64,000 nucleotides of DNA. Source: Takakia lepidozioides (lineage: Eukaryota; Plantae; Bryophyta). The notes beneath the pieces are model-generated. The model saw nothing but the letters and a program-made list of their open reading frames with translations. It was not told the DNA's origin and ran no database searches. This document shows positions 49,601-61,830 of the stretch, piece after piece. How positions within the stretch are numbered: the first letter of the stretch is position 1; each line of letters begins with the position of its first letter. A program made the translations under genes and the position numbers. The DNA lies in the NCBI GenBank assembly GCA_030704615.1, contig CM060731.1, positions 31,124,001 to 31,188,000 on the forward strand, in the 5' to 3' direction.

Positions 49601-52600
49601 GAGTGCTTCAGGTCAAAACAAACCAAGACGCAAGGTCGCAAGGCCGGCATTTAGTCACAGAGACATTTATCTACTCCCATTTCAAGTCCACCCAGTGTCG
49701 ATAGGCTTCCTAGAGGGCAGGGAGAGTGGGAGCTGAGAGAGAGAGAGAGAGAGATTGTACTCATAAGACGTTGTTTGCCGTAGCCTTGTGGCCATTGACC
49801 CCGTGCCCAGTTTGAGCGGGAACCAAAGGGACAGAACCTACCTCTGTCAGGGGCTGACGTTGGTAGTAAGACTTGTATAAAGAATTAATCCAGGTTTTCC
49901 AGATATCCTCTAGAAATCCCTTCACACAAGCATCAATCTGCTGTGTGTGATTTGCCCAAAAACTAGGCCTCAGGAGGGCCTGGGCTTTTGGCTCAGCTTG
50001 AGACTTTCAAAGTTGGTAAACAGGGGTACAGGCACAATTCCCTTAATAGATTTGAAGAGAGCGTCTCTTTGGTGAGAGAACCCCGGACAGTGTATCAGAA
50101 AATGAATACTGTCTTCAGATTGCCCACACAACGGGCAATTGCACTCTCCCTTTCCTCTCTGCTTCTGTTTGCTGTTCAAAGGTAGGCTTCCTGCCCTGAG
50201 TTTAAATTTCAGTCTAGTGCCGAGAGTGGGTAGACCCTTGAGGTCATCCAAGATGTCCTCCCCCATGTCACAGACTGGAAACAAGTTCAGGGAAGTTTTC
50301 TGCCTAACTTCATTTTCATCAGACAATCTCATGGCAACAGACATGGCTGAGGACACTACAGCCTCTAAGTCAGATTTATCCAGCAGGGTCAAGACTTGCG
50401 GATCCAGGTCCAGGTCCTTGAGGATCTCTTCTACTCTCTTCTGCCAGGACTTAGCCTGTTTGACAGGGCGGTCCTGTTTCCAAGATATAGAGTCGATTAA
50501 TTTAGGATATCTGGTGTTGGGCATATGTTGCAGCTGACCCCACCATCTGACCTTGAATTCATCTCTGAATCCATCTGACCTTAAAAATTTAGTGAGCCCC
50601 AGAGCTTTGCCCTTGCCAGTTTGAACAACTTTCCGGATATGTGCATCCCAATTACAATTGGAGGAGAACTCAACGCCCAGGTAAGTGTAGGAAGGGAGGA
50701 CCGGGATCTCTTGGCTACCCCACTGCCACTTAAGATCACTTCCTCCCTCTCCTCTGTCGTTGAATGCTACCACTGCACATTTGCTGACATTAGCCTCTAG
50801 CCCCCAAAGATCAAAGTATCTCTTCGCGCAATCAATCAACTCCTGGAGATTGGTTGGAGTCTCCCCTATGCCTGCGAAGTCATCCGCAAACATAAGGGCT
50901 GGTATGGTGGTATCACCCACCCTTAACCCAAATCCCTCACTTTCCACATCCTCGAGGAGTTGATTGATGAAAATATTGAAGAGCAGAGGGGAGAGAGTAC
51001 ATCCTTGAGCTACACCTTGGTCTATGTCAAAGAAGTTGGACTTCTGTCCGTTGACACAGCTTTTGGTGTGAGCATACAAGTTGTGGACAACTCTCCACAT
51101 CTTTCCCTTGACCCCACAAGACCAGAGGCGGAACCATAGGCCATCTCTCCACAGTGTCATAAGCCTTTTTGACATCCAGGAAAAAGACATAAGTGGGTTT
51201 CCCTTCTTTTTTCCTTCCCTGGATAATCTGGCTTAGAGTGAACACAGCCCCTGTTTCGCCGAAAGCCAGCTTGGCCTTCGTGGAAACAACCTCTAGACTC
51301 CAGATCAACCTCGAGACGAGTACTTATAACTCTGCAGAATGTCTTGCCAACAGCATTGAGGAGCGTGATGCCACGGTACTTCCCTGGTTCTTCTCTGTCA
51401 CCCTTCTTGTATAGATTGACAATGACCCCCTGTCGCCAGCGAAAGGGGATCATTTCAGTCTTCCAGATAAGGTTAAAGAGGAGAACTAGGGCCTCTATCA
51501 TGGGATCGCCACCGTGCTTGATAAGCTCGTTGACAATACCATCAGGTCCACCAGCTTTATATCCATTTATATGTTCAATTGCTTCCACAATCTCAGAAGA
51601 ACTAATGGGAGCATTATAAGCCATTGAAATATACTCCAGTTCATCAGGGCTGTTTTGAATCATAGGAACAGTTTTTCCAACTGTGTCCCTCCATTCAGCA
51701 GAAGACCCCTCACTGTTAGACCTAGAAGTTCTGCCAAGGATACTGTAGTGAGTTTCAAAGGTTTTGACAATGTCAACCGATGAAGTCACCACTGCACCTT
51801 TAGTAGTCTTCAGCGCTTGTACTTGCTGACCGTTTTTCGGTTTGTACAAACGTTGAAGGGCCAACCAGAATTTCTTGTCATTACCACCATGGTGGTTTGA
51901 GTTTATTTCACTGTATAACTTGTCCCAGTATAATTTCTTCTGAGACCTAACAAGCTGATTGATATCTTTACGGAGCTGGTAGTACCTCGCCCACAATTCT
52001 CTGTTGGTTTCCAAATTGCAGCACTCTTTATAGAGGGCTCGTCTCTCAGCTATCTTGAGTTTAATCTCATTAGTCCACCAATTAACTGCTCTACCGCAGA
52101 CAATTAGTTTCCTCCCAATGATCTTGTCAGCCACGGAGGAAACGAAACTCTCCCAAGAGTCCACTGCTCTTTCGACTTCATTTCTTGCATTAACAGAGCG
52201 TGACTGAAGTTCTTGGAGCGATTGGACAAAATGAGGGAGAGCCTCTTGCAAGGCCTGGACGTACTCAGCCTTGACCTCCTCATTGTGGAATTTTTCTATG
52301 CGCCACTTCCAAATCGAACGTTTCACAGATCTCTTGGTGGTGGGAAAATACCTTTCGATCTCAGTCCAAACCAGGAAGTGGTCAGAGGTACCAATATCAG
52401 TTCTGTCGATCAACACATTGGCACACTGGGGGAACAAAATTTTGTCCATTATGATATAGTCCACAATGGAACGTTCCCCAGTTTGGGGTTTCTCACGAGT
52501 CCACTGCACTTGGTCACCTCTTGTCCTGTTATTCAAGGTCAAAAGCTGAAGCTCTTCTAGACAGTTAATTAACCGTCTGCCATTAGAATTCAGCTCGTCC

Positions 52601-55600
52601 TCACCAAAAGGTCCAATGATATCGTCCTGATGGATCCCTTTGCCCACCCGGGCATTGAAGTCCCCCAATAGTACCACCTGACCTTTGGCAAGGAACGAAG
52701 CACAGTCCAGCTTTACATCTTCGAAGGCCTTGTCTGCGTCAGCACTAAGGGTCCCCTCTGTGGGCATGTAAACACAACCAACAAAGAGGTCCTTTGTACT
52801 CATGCCGCCCTTCAAATTCAGTTTTAGCCAGATACTATGCTCGTACCTAAACCCTTGTTGATAATTTCACAATTGTCAAACAAGAAATCACGGACAAAGA
52901 ATCCGACCCCTTTTTGACCGCGTTTGGCAGAGGCTGCCTCGAGAGTACACATCTTACCTGCCCATTTATAACCAATGACATCTCCAACCAGTTTATCCGA
53001 CGTTTCCCATGTTTCTTGCCCAGCACAGATATGAATATCATTAGTCCGAAGAACTTGTCCCACTTCAAGTTGTTTCCTTTGGTTGGTCAACCCTGAGAAG
53101 TTGAAAGTGGCCAGCCGCAAGCCAGCCCTTTGCGTGTGAATTGTTTGTCGTCTAGGTAGCTTGTGATTGCTCCTGAAAGGCCAACCGTTCTGCAAAAGGG
53201 GGACAGTTATATGTGTAGATTTTGCTCGTCTTGTGTAAACTTTGAGAATTGGTAAACCATTCAGGGTACCAAATCTTTCAGTTACACGACGCACAGGCTC
53301 CGCACACATAGGGGCAGATTGTCCGTCAGACTGCTTGGGGACAATTACCCCGTGTATAGATTTTGCTCGTCTTGTGTAGACTTTGAGGATTGGTAAACCA
53401 TTTAGAGTACCAAATCCTTCAGTTACACGACGTTCAGGCTCTGCACACTTAGGGACAGATTGTCCATCTGACGGCTTGGGGACAATTACCCCGTGTATAG
53501 AATTTGTTCGTCTTGTGTAAACCTTGAGGATTGGTAAACCATTCAGAGTACCAAATCCTTCAGATTCAGGACGTTCAGGTTCCGTACACTTAGGGGCATC
53601 TTGTCCTTCTGGCTGTTTGGATTCAACCTCATCCAGAGCATCAAACCGATTAGAAACTCTCAAGTTGAAGTTGTTGCCCTTGGTTGTCTTCCTAGAGCGC
53701 CCCATTGAATCACCAATGTCTAAGACCGCTCTCCAGCCAGTCAAAGGACGAACTTCTTTGAGATTGAATTGATGCGGGACTCTATTAGAAGCACTTTTGG
53801 TCATTGCAACCTTCAACGTACCCCTGTTATCAAGTCTCGAGATGGTACCATTAGCCATGAAATCCAAGCCTAAGCTAGAGCATGTAGTCTTAAAGGACAC
53901 ATCGTCCATCCTGGGATTCACCCCAAAAACTACACATGAAGCCCTAGATTTGGCATAAGTAACCAATTCCCAGGGATCACCCTGAGGAGTGTTGATGTTG
54001 ATAGGAGCTAAATTTTTGATTGTTTTCGCAGGCCATAAGTTTAAGCACAGGAACGAGTCCAAGTGCCGAGTATGCTAGACAGAGCATACGATTGCCCAAT
54101 TTGGGCGGAGGGGCTGCCCCCAAGCGGTAGGAGTCCGCTTGTTACCATTCAGAGATCACACTCCAGGGAGTTGCAGGGAATGGCCCGTGTAGGCATATTC
54201 TAAAGAGGGAAAGGCCCCAAGCTTTCCAACTAAATCCAATGCACTGCCTTACCTGAAGCAAAGCGCTTCAGGTCGAAACAAACAAGGACACGAGGTCACA
54301 AGGCCGGCATTTAGTCACAGAGACATTAATGTACTCCCGTTTCAAGTCCACCCAATGTCAATAGGCTTCCTAGAGGACAGGGAGACAGAGAGAGAGAGAG
54401 AGATAGAGAGGTAGAATTACTGGATGCTTTAAGAGGCATGCTAATGTGTGCCTATTGTTGACATCATTGGTGCTGAACAGACAGCAATCTCAGCCTTGCA
54501 ATCAATCTTGTTGGAGGACTTCAAGCCCACTGAAATTGAGGTATTGCTCTCGCGCTTAACTTCTCAGGCACTACTCTTCACAATCATATAGCAAGAGAGC
54601 AATGCTACCTTTGAATTTGTGTAACCAAGAATTGGTTTTGCCACTCTCAATCTCCTGGTCTCTCTCTGGTACCTCCAGTATCTGCTACATTTGATATAAG
54701 GTGACATAGAGAGACCAGAAGAATGCGAGTGGCAAAGCAAAACTTACTTGCACATGTATATGGAGTTATACTTTCATGGAGACCAATCTGAAGACAGTAT
54801 TCATTTTCTGATACACTGTCCGGGGTTCTCTAACCAAAGAGACGCTCTCTTCAAATCTATCAAGGGAATTGTGCCTGTACCCCTGTTTACCAACTTTGAA
54901 AGTCTCGAGGCTGAGCCAAAAGCCCAGGCCCTCCTGAGGCCTAGTTTTTGGGCAAATCACACACAGCAGATTGATGCTTGTGTGAAAAACCCGGATTAAT
55001 TCTATATATGAAGGTAAGTCTTACTACCAACGTCAGCCCCTGACAGAGGTAGGTTCTGTCCCTTTTGTTCCCGCTCAAACTGGGCGCGGGGTCAATGGCC
55101 ACAAGGCCACGGCAAACAACGTCTTATGAGTACAATCTATTCAATTCCAACCTTTGGGTTTTGGTCAGAATATGACAATTGTTGCATCATGTGAAGACCA
55201 GTTTCTTTATGTAAATTTAATCAATGTAGCCAAGAGTGTTCATCCGATAATGGATGTCCAGATGTTTGGTTTGATTATTGAGGTGAAAGAGCTTCCAACA
55301 GATGTCCAGTGATTAGGGCACAAGGCTGCGTTACAAGTGGTTGGGTTCAAAGCCACACTAGTGTATGTCGGATGTCACCCATTATAGCCAACCCCCTATA
55401 AGAGGGAGCAACTAGGTCAACCGGTTATCTAATGTGTGGGTACATGGGGAGGTTTAGAACCAAGTTACTCTACAGCCATTAGATTAAGGAAGGCAGTAGC
55501 CTTTCAGGGTGAAGAGACACCATAATATACGCTCGCTTCAGTAGGCATCAATATTTTCTCTTAAGCTCTACGCCCATGTTGTCAGGTGCATCTTGCCATC

Positions 55601-55723
55601 TGGTTTCTGACCATGGCTTTATGGGGACAGGTTGGGGTTGTCAGTGCAGCAGATACAAGCTTTCGTGTCTTGACAACAGATGAGATTGATGAGCATTTGA
55701 CTTCCATCAGTGAGCGCGACTAG
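43690..55723 (+). CDS. PAA1: 20S proteasome subunit alpha-1 (alpha type-6); exons 43690-43765, 44064-44158, 44412-44493, 44742-44838, 45252-45310, 45563-45645, 46083-46178, 54481-54540, 55631-55723
   Basis: [33 protein letters not shown]…GVRGKDSV…[17 protein letters not shown]…[31 protein letters not shown]…[24 protein letters not shown]…[13 protein letters not shown]. All introns are GT-AG with matching phases. Confidence 0.95.
46333..46348 (-). mobile_element. Extremely truncated (~16 nt) LINE 3' tip
   Basis: ACGTCTTATGAGTACA, flanked by copies of TCTCTCAGCTCC(C)AG. Confidence 0.6.
46364..49726 (-). mobile_element. LINE copy A (APE-RT-CCHC), internally deleted, with 14-bp TSD
   Basis: Endonuclease [10 protein letters not shown] and SDHFLVW; [45 protein letters not shown]. 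The 5' terminal ~160 nt join directly to the endonuclease region. tgggagctgagaga occurs at 46350-46363 and 49727-49740. Confidence 0.93.
49755..54386 (-). mobile_element. LINE copy B, near full length with frameshifts; N-terminal region in frame with APE, then RT and CCHC finger
   Basis: ORFs 54062-52824, 52815-51157 and 51190-49970 are consecutive pieces of one polyprotein ([42 protein letters not shown]). (TC)n lies at both ends. Confidence 0.95.
53215..53597 (-). repeat. 141-bp (47-aa) coding tandem repeat, about 2.7 copies, in the LINE N-terminal region
   Basis: [16 protein letters not shown] occurs three times; tttg(c/t)tcgtc at 53221, 53362 and 53503. Confidence 0.95.
54783..55135 (+). 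mobile_element. LINE 3'-end fragment in PAA1 intron 8, opposite orientation to copies A and B
   Basis: [15 protein letters not shown]…; ends GTCTTATGAGTACAA followed by TCT. Confidence 0.92.
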
Positions 55724-58544
55724 CACCCAAGCATGCAGCTGTTCAGTTTTTGCAAATGGAACAGAACTCATGGACCTGATTACTTCCATCCACGTCCCTC
55801 CCTGAGATCTTATTCGCAGCGAGAAAGACTCCTGACATGTGGGTTACTGTGGGAGTAAACCATGGGTTACACATTTTACCAGATTAGACTTGAACATGTT
55901 AGTGATGTCAATTAACTGGTTATCTCAGGCCAACTCAAGACTCATGGTGTATAGTTTGTCCAAGTGGAGACATCTTTGTTCTACAATTACTCAAATAAAA
56001 GACTCATTGTGTCAGTGCACTATTTTAGAGTTTGGAAGAGCAATTGCTTGATACATTGAGGAGTGTAGGACAGTGAAGTGTATGGGTCAGGTGCTAAGTG
56101 CAGGAAGATGGGTTGTTTTCAGAGAACAAGTAACGAGGACGGAACAGGAAGGCGAGTAGACAAGTACTGGCCCAACCAAGGTGGTGATAGTAGTACATGC
56201 TTGACAAGGAGTTTCCAAGCAACAATTTTTTCACTGGTAGTTGATTTGGCCAGCCAATGCCTATGCAGAGCATACACCAGACAAAGACAGACACCACTTT
56301 AATGTATGAGGTTTGGGAAAATCAAAGCAGTGTAGGTAGCGTTGTTTGAGCTCTCGCAGGCTTCAACCGAGTGCATCGACAAGAGTGCCGAGGACCATTC
56401 TTGTCAACTTTGATCGATGCAATCCATACCGGCCACCACATGCATGGAGCACCCAAATTGTATATTATATGGAGGGCTTGCATGTGGTGCAGCTTGGGAG
56501 AAGGGCCCGACAAGCCTTCGTCGACGTTGATAACTAGCAGCTCGCTGACCTTTCTGCATATGGACCAGATGTTTGGGCCCACACACAAGACAAGTCATGA
56601 GGATTTGATGAGCGGAGAGCAAGACAGACAAAGTTGGTAACGGTCTGCATTATAGCTCATGCTCCGCCGCCAGGGGAATAGGGCCTGGAGGCTGGACCAG
56701 ATCAACCCAGCTGCCACTCGTTCCATCCGCCTGTACTACTTTTTGCATTTGATACTCCCGAAGACGAGATGATCCGATCTCAGAACGGACTCCGATGGCT
56801 TTGGGTCCCCGAGGAAGGCAAGTCTATCGTAGCGTGCCTGAATCTGTGAGTGGTGATGTATGAAGTCACATCTTTCTCGCGAACTGTTTCTATAATATCA
56901 TTACAAGCCAATAGGTTGGATTTGATCGGTGTTCGCCGAGACAAGTAAAGATCTTGGATAACAGGTCGCATAGCTCCCATCACATATGCGATTCCTTGCG
57001 CATTTAGCTCAGTTGTAATTATGCTTATGGTCCTGCTCACAGACGACTCCGCCTCCTGGTCTTCCTCCGTGTAAAATTCAGTATTCCACGGCCAGGGCAA
57101 TTTATTCGTTGATATCCCGTGATAAACCTACTCGGCAGCTCTACTTTTAACCAGTTCGGTTGCAGCCTGGTGCTTTGGTGATTAAGGTTGTGAACCTCGG
57201 CGTGCTGATTTGATATCAGGTTGTGCGACTTAGAAAGCTACTCTCACCATCACATCGATGTTTTGGTGAACCCTCCGATGTTTTGGTGAACTAGCTACTT
57301 TCCGAACACTACCTATTGATCTTGTCCGCTTCCTCGCACAGATCTGTCGCATTACAAAAGTTTGCATACTTCGTACTAACATGTTGCTTTGCTTTGAACT
57401 AATCGGTTCTTACATTCATGAAACACTTCAAACAACTTGCAATGTTTGGTGCGCAAATACATTAGAGAAGTTGCAAATTGATGGCAAACTGATGTGTCCT
57501 GCTAGGTGCATCCACAAAGTAGTAAGTTAGCAAACAGATCAGTCAGAGACTTCATACTAGAATCAGATCTCCTGAACATTAGATACTGAAGGATGATTCA
57601 CTGAAGCAGTGCTACTTCCTACTATGACACCGACTGTATGTTCTTCGATTGGGAAGCTAATTCAGAAATGTATGTCTCACTCCTTGATCCACGTGTTCAA
57701 GGTACCACACCCTATTACTCATGTCCACCAGGCGAAAATCAGTTTCTTCATAGAGTGGGTGGAGCAGCTGACAGACTTCTGCAGCTACGTCTGTCTGCGA
57801 TCTAAAACGAGAAATCCGTCTCTCATCACAAATTCGGTTTTCGTGAAGTCACTGAGCCAGGTCGTCGCCTGGATCGAGCAGCAGTTGCCTACTTCTTCAG
57901 ACAAATATCTGAGAGGATGTCATTATTCACTACTGCCACACAACTCGCCACACATCGGGTAGCATGAGAGCTCTATGGTTGTCTGCTCCGGGCATGGGCA
58001 TTACCCTCCAAAATCCGAACGTTGCAGTCTCATGGTGCACAAGACGAACACTAACAACCACATTGAAGCGAACACGCTATGCCTCAGTACCTCGTCCAGC
58101 AGATCTCATTAGAAACATTTATCGCCGGACACAGTAGGTAACTGATCGGAGCACTTCATTCCAGACCTTTTGTCATAGGAGTACACACACGATTAAGCCG
58201 GTCTAGCCCAGGAGAACCGGAATCCTAGGGAACCAAGAGTACTTGCGTGTGTAATCCTATGACAAAGGCCCGAAATCAGTACAATGTACCCACCTTCCTG
58301 AAATCAGTTTTGCTGGTAGCCAAGCCCCCCATGCGCTGACAAGCATGCTGGCACTGTTGGTGAGAGGAAACCACTTAAGGAATGCAATATAGGAAAGTAC
58401 AGTAGCGAGAAGCAAAGCTGAAGAGAGCGAAAGAGAACAGCCCATGACTCGTGACATGCATCGGCACCTACACTTTTGAAACCCAAAGAGTGCTGGCAGA
58501 GTGGGAAACGAAGTGACTATATACACCCGCGACACCCCCCAAGA

Positions 58545-58901
58545 GTGCAGATAGTAGGTCCTTCAAACATCCTTTAGTTCATAGCTCAATGACGACGAAA
58601 ACTATTCGCTTAGATTAAAGCCGGTGTCTGACAAATCAAAGCAAACGCGGCACGAACAAGGTAAACTGCATGCCCACTGTACCAAACACATACCTACACA
58701 CATCGCGCTATGTGTTTCAGAAGTGAATAGATACACCCTCCAAAAGCAGCCCCACCTCCCTCGCAAGTGCAGATCATAGTAGGCCTTAAAAACATCCGAG
58801 AATTCATAGGCCAATAACGATTATTCAAACTATTGGCTAAATTAAACCCCGGCGTCTGACAAATCAAAGCAGACGCGGCACGAACAAGGTAAACTGCATG
58901 C
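58545..58901. repeat. Imperfect ~225-bp tandem duplication
   Basis: gtctgacaaatcaaagca(a/g)acgcggcacgaacaaggtaaactgcatgc at ~58626 and ~58854. Confidence 0.8.
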
Positions 58902-60636
58902 AGGCATCTGCTTTATAGAAGACAGATAGACGAAAGATATCTACAGCTGTCCGAGCTCGAGCGACGTTAAAGAAAGAATGAACAGTTCGTTACATGAATA
59001 AATGCACGATGAAAGTAGGGGAACTGGCCAGTGGAGACGATCTAGATTCTAAGAAGTGGCAAACCTGATGCTCAACGGGAGTGGAATTAGCTATTTGCGG
59101 CAGCGGAACCAGTGATGAGCTGCAGCAGAAGAGGGATGGAGATATCAAGATATACGGTCAGCACGCGATCCACAATAGGACAAATGAATGCAGACTCCAC
59201 ACAGACACAGAGTTGGACAATGGAGCATTAGAGGAGCTGGGTGTCTCTTAAATAGGCTATGCGCCAGAGAGCCACCTGCCAGAGAAAGTCATACCCAGGG
59301 GCCAGAAGCCAGACCTGGTCAGACTGTGCAGCACCTCACCCTCCTCACCCCCATCCCCAAACGTGCCCTAGCTCGCTTGGAGGTGCATCCAGCGACGGGA
59401 CTCGCCGCCGTCCAGCAGCTGTCAGGACCGCAAGCCCCTCCACCCTCGACGCCGCTTCTGGGCCCCGCCATCGCCATCTCTTCCACCGATCCTCCTCTGC
59501 CACCCTCCGTGCAAACGAGAACGGCCACCCCCCCTCTCCTTACATAAATTATCATTTATTTTTTACTATCTCCGCATTTTAATGCCTATTAATACCACAT
59601 TAATGCATTATTTATGTCATCTGGATGATGAACGGACGAATAGATGCATCTCGATTGCGGAAAATGAGTTAAATGACCACAATAACTTTTTTTCTCTTAA
59701 TAACTAAATTGTCTCATCTAAGTAATGCTTATCTTTTCTTTTTTTCTTTTTTTCTTTTTTATATTTCTAAACTTGGCAGAACGTTGAAAGAGACGATTAT
59801 TAGTATCATTATGGTCATCACCTTTGGTGCATAGTGCACCCATCATGGTCAAATAATAAATATATCCTGAATAAAAACCAACATGTTTATTTTTATTTTT
59901 ATATTTTCTTATCTATTTATTTATTTTTAAGAGAAACTTGGGAGCGACTGCTCACAATTACAAGAGACTATGTAACTTACCCCCAACTCGTTTGGTCAGT
60001 TCGGAAGGTCATAAAGACCGGAAATAGCGTGGGGCCACGGGAGGCTTGGAGAGGAACGAAGTGCGAGGGGTACACACCCAGGTGAAGGCACCGGCAGGAG
60101 CCTAAGAACGAAGATCTTAAGCGCAAAGAGCAGAAAATTGTAGCCGGCCGGAGAGGGGGTGAGACAATATCAGTCGTCGAAGCGAAGAGAGGGGAGGAAT
60201 TTCTAATAGAGAGGAAAAGAGAGATAGAGATAATACTAACTATTTGTTTCATTAAGAAAAACTATTTGATTTAGTTTTTCTAAATAAATATAAATAATTA
60301 GTAAGGTGGGGCCTCCAAAATCAATTCCAATTTAAAGACCACTTTAAAAAAATTATGGTTTTTTGAAATCTATTAATAAGATGTATAGTTATTACACCAA
60401 GGTATGAATTATTGTGTATTCCAGGCACGGTGACATTTCCTCCTCTTACTAATTAAGGGACCTCATTTATGAGTCGTCGCTCCAGGTGTTCCCCTTTTGT
60501 TTTCAAAAAACAAGGTTGTGGAATAGATGGTGCGACAGTTCACATTGACGACCAAAGGATTTGAGGTGGGCAATTATGGCTGACTCCATGCTGGGAAAAC
60601 ATACAAGATGAATTCGATTTCAATTACCTTTGAAGG

Positions 60637-60707
60637 TGCAATGGCCGGGAATCGAACCCGGGTCTGTACCGTGGCAGGGTACTACTCTACCACTAGACCA
60701 CCAGTGC
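60637..60707 (-). tRNA. tRNA-Gly(GCC)
   Basis: GCACTGGTGGTCTAGTGGTAGAGTAGTACCCTGCCACGGTACAGACCCGGGTTCGATTCCCGGCCATTGCA: 71 nt, GCC anticodon, A and B boxes, one acceptor-stem mismatch. Confidence 0.88.
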
Positions 60708-61009
60708 CATGTTGATGTGAGGGCGTGGTACATATGATTAAAATTAGTATAGACGTTGAAGTAACACTGATATAGTAACACTGGTATATGTTTTGGACGT
60801 CCTGTTTGTTGCTTTTGGGTGTAGACTTATCTATTCGGCTTTAGTGGAGAAGAACTTCTTGATGAGAAGTGGAGGGCCACTAAAGCATCGGCCGCACTAC
60901 CCAATTTAGCTATGACTACTTCTGTTTGTTTGGCTGCCGCACTATGCAATTTAGCCGTGGCTAAAACTTAGCCAGAGCTAAGGTTGGCTAAACTACCCCA
61001 CCCCGGCTT

Positions 61010-61060
61010 TTAAAACACAACCCCCCCCCCCCCCCCAACACACACACACACACACACACA
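61010..61060. repeat. Poly-C run followed by (CA)n microsatellite
   Basis: cccccccccccccccc followed by aacacacacacacacacacacaca. Confidence 0.9.
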
Positions 61061-61439
61061 AACCCCCCACCTTCTATCTTACCTTGTAACAACTGTAATT
61101 GGGCACATGATCAGATGCATCCCAAATCTCCTCCAATAACTCTAAAGTCCCAAGTACTCACACATTATGTGTCCAGTTAACCCAACTACCCTCTTTTATA
61201 GCTTGGTCAATAATGTGACATCTAGCAAACAAATATATGGCTTTGAACCCCTGCGAGGCAACCTTTGTGCTCTAACCACTTGGACCATATGTTGGATGCT
61301 ATTTCGAGGACCAAACATAGCATGACCCATGAGTCTTGACTAGTTTGCCTTGCAAAAATTGCATTTTCTAGCCTAGACCAGCTTCCCTTGACAAAGTTGG
61401 TAGCCTCACAACCTTTTGGAGATCCAACAATATGTAAGA

Positions 61440-61830
61440 ATCAAATCAGAAGAATACATGTTGATATTTCATTTAAGTCGAGTCTCCATGCAAAACCACT
61501 TCCTTGAGCATTTGAAATGTGGCATTACCATTATAGGGGCCAAAAGATATTGTCTCATATTGGAACATGTCATGTATGCAGGTGAAGGTTGTATTTTCTT
61601 TCAAATTCGCTGTCAAAAGAACCTGCCAAAATGCTAATGCTAAATCCAAAGAAGTGAAAATAGTGACACCATAGAGTGACTTGTTCATTGACATATAACA
61701 ATGGGTACACATCATTTTTGATCATAACATTGACTAGATAGCAAAAATCAACCCATAATCGAGTGTTACCATCTTTCTTATCCACCAATATGATTGGGCT
61801 AGCCCGCCATAGAGATACAAAAAGATTTAA
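61440..61830 (-). mobile_element. Ty3/gypsy reverse transcriptase relic
   Basis: ASPIILVDKKDGNTRLWVDF..DVYPL, FTSLDLALAFWQV and FGPYNGNATFQ, split across frames. Confidence 0.8.

Noticed and set aside
54245-54305. Hammerhead-like CTGAAG…GAAAC…GTC on the + strand at the LINE 5' end
   Set aside because: The core is CTGAAGC rather than CTGANGA, stem I has mismatches next to the core, it is antisense to the element, and it is not conserved in copy A.
56300-57100. Minus-strand ORF fragments (MPWPWNTEF…, MCVGPNIW…)
   Set aside because: They look like a decayed gene, but I recognise no family motif or coherent splice chain.
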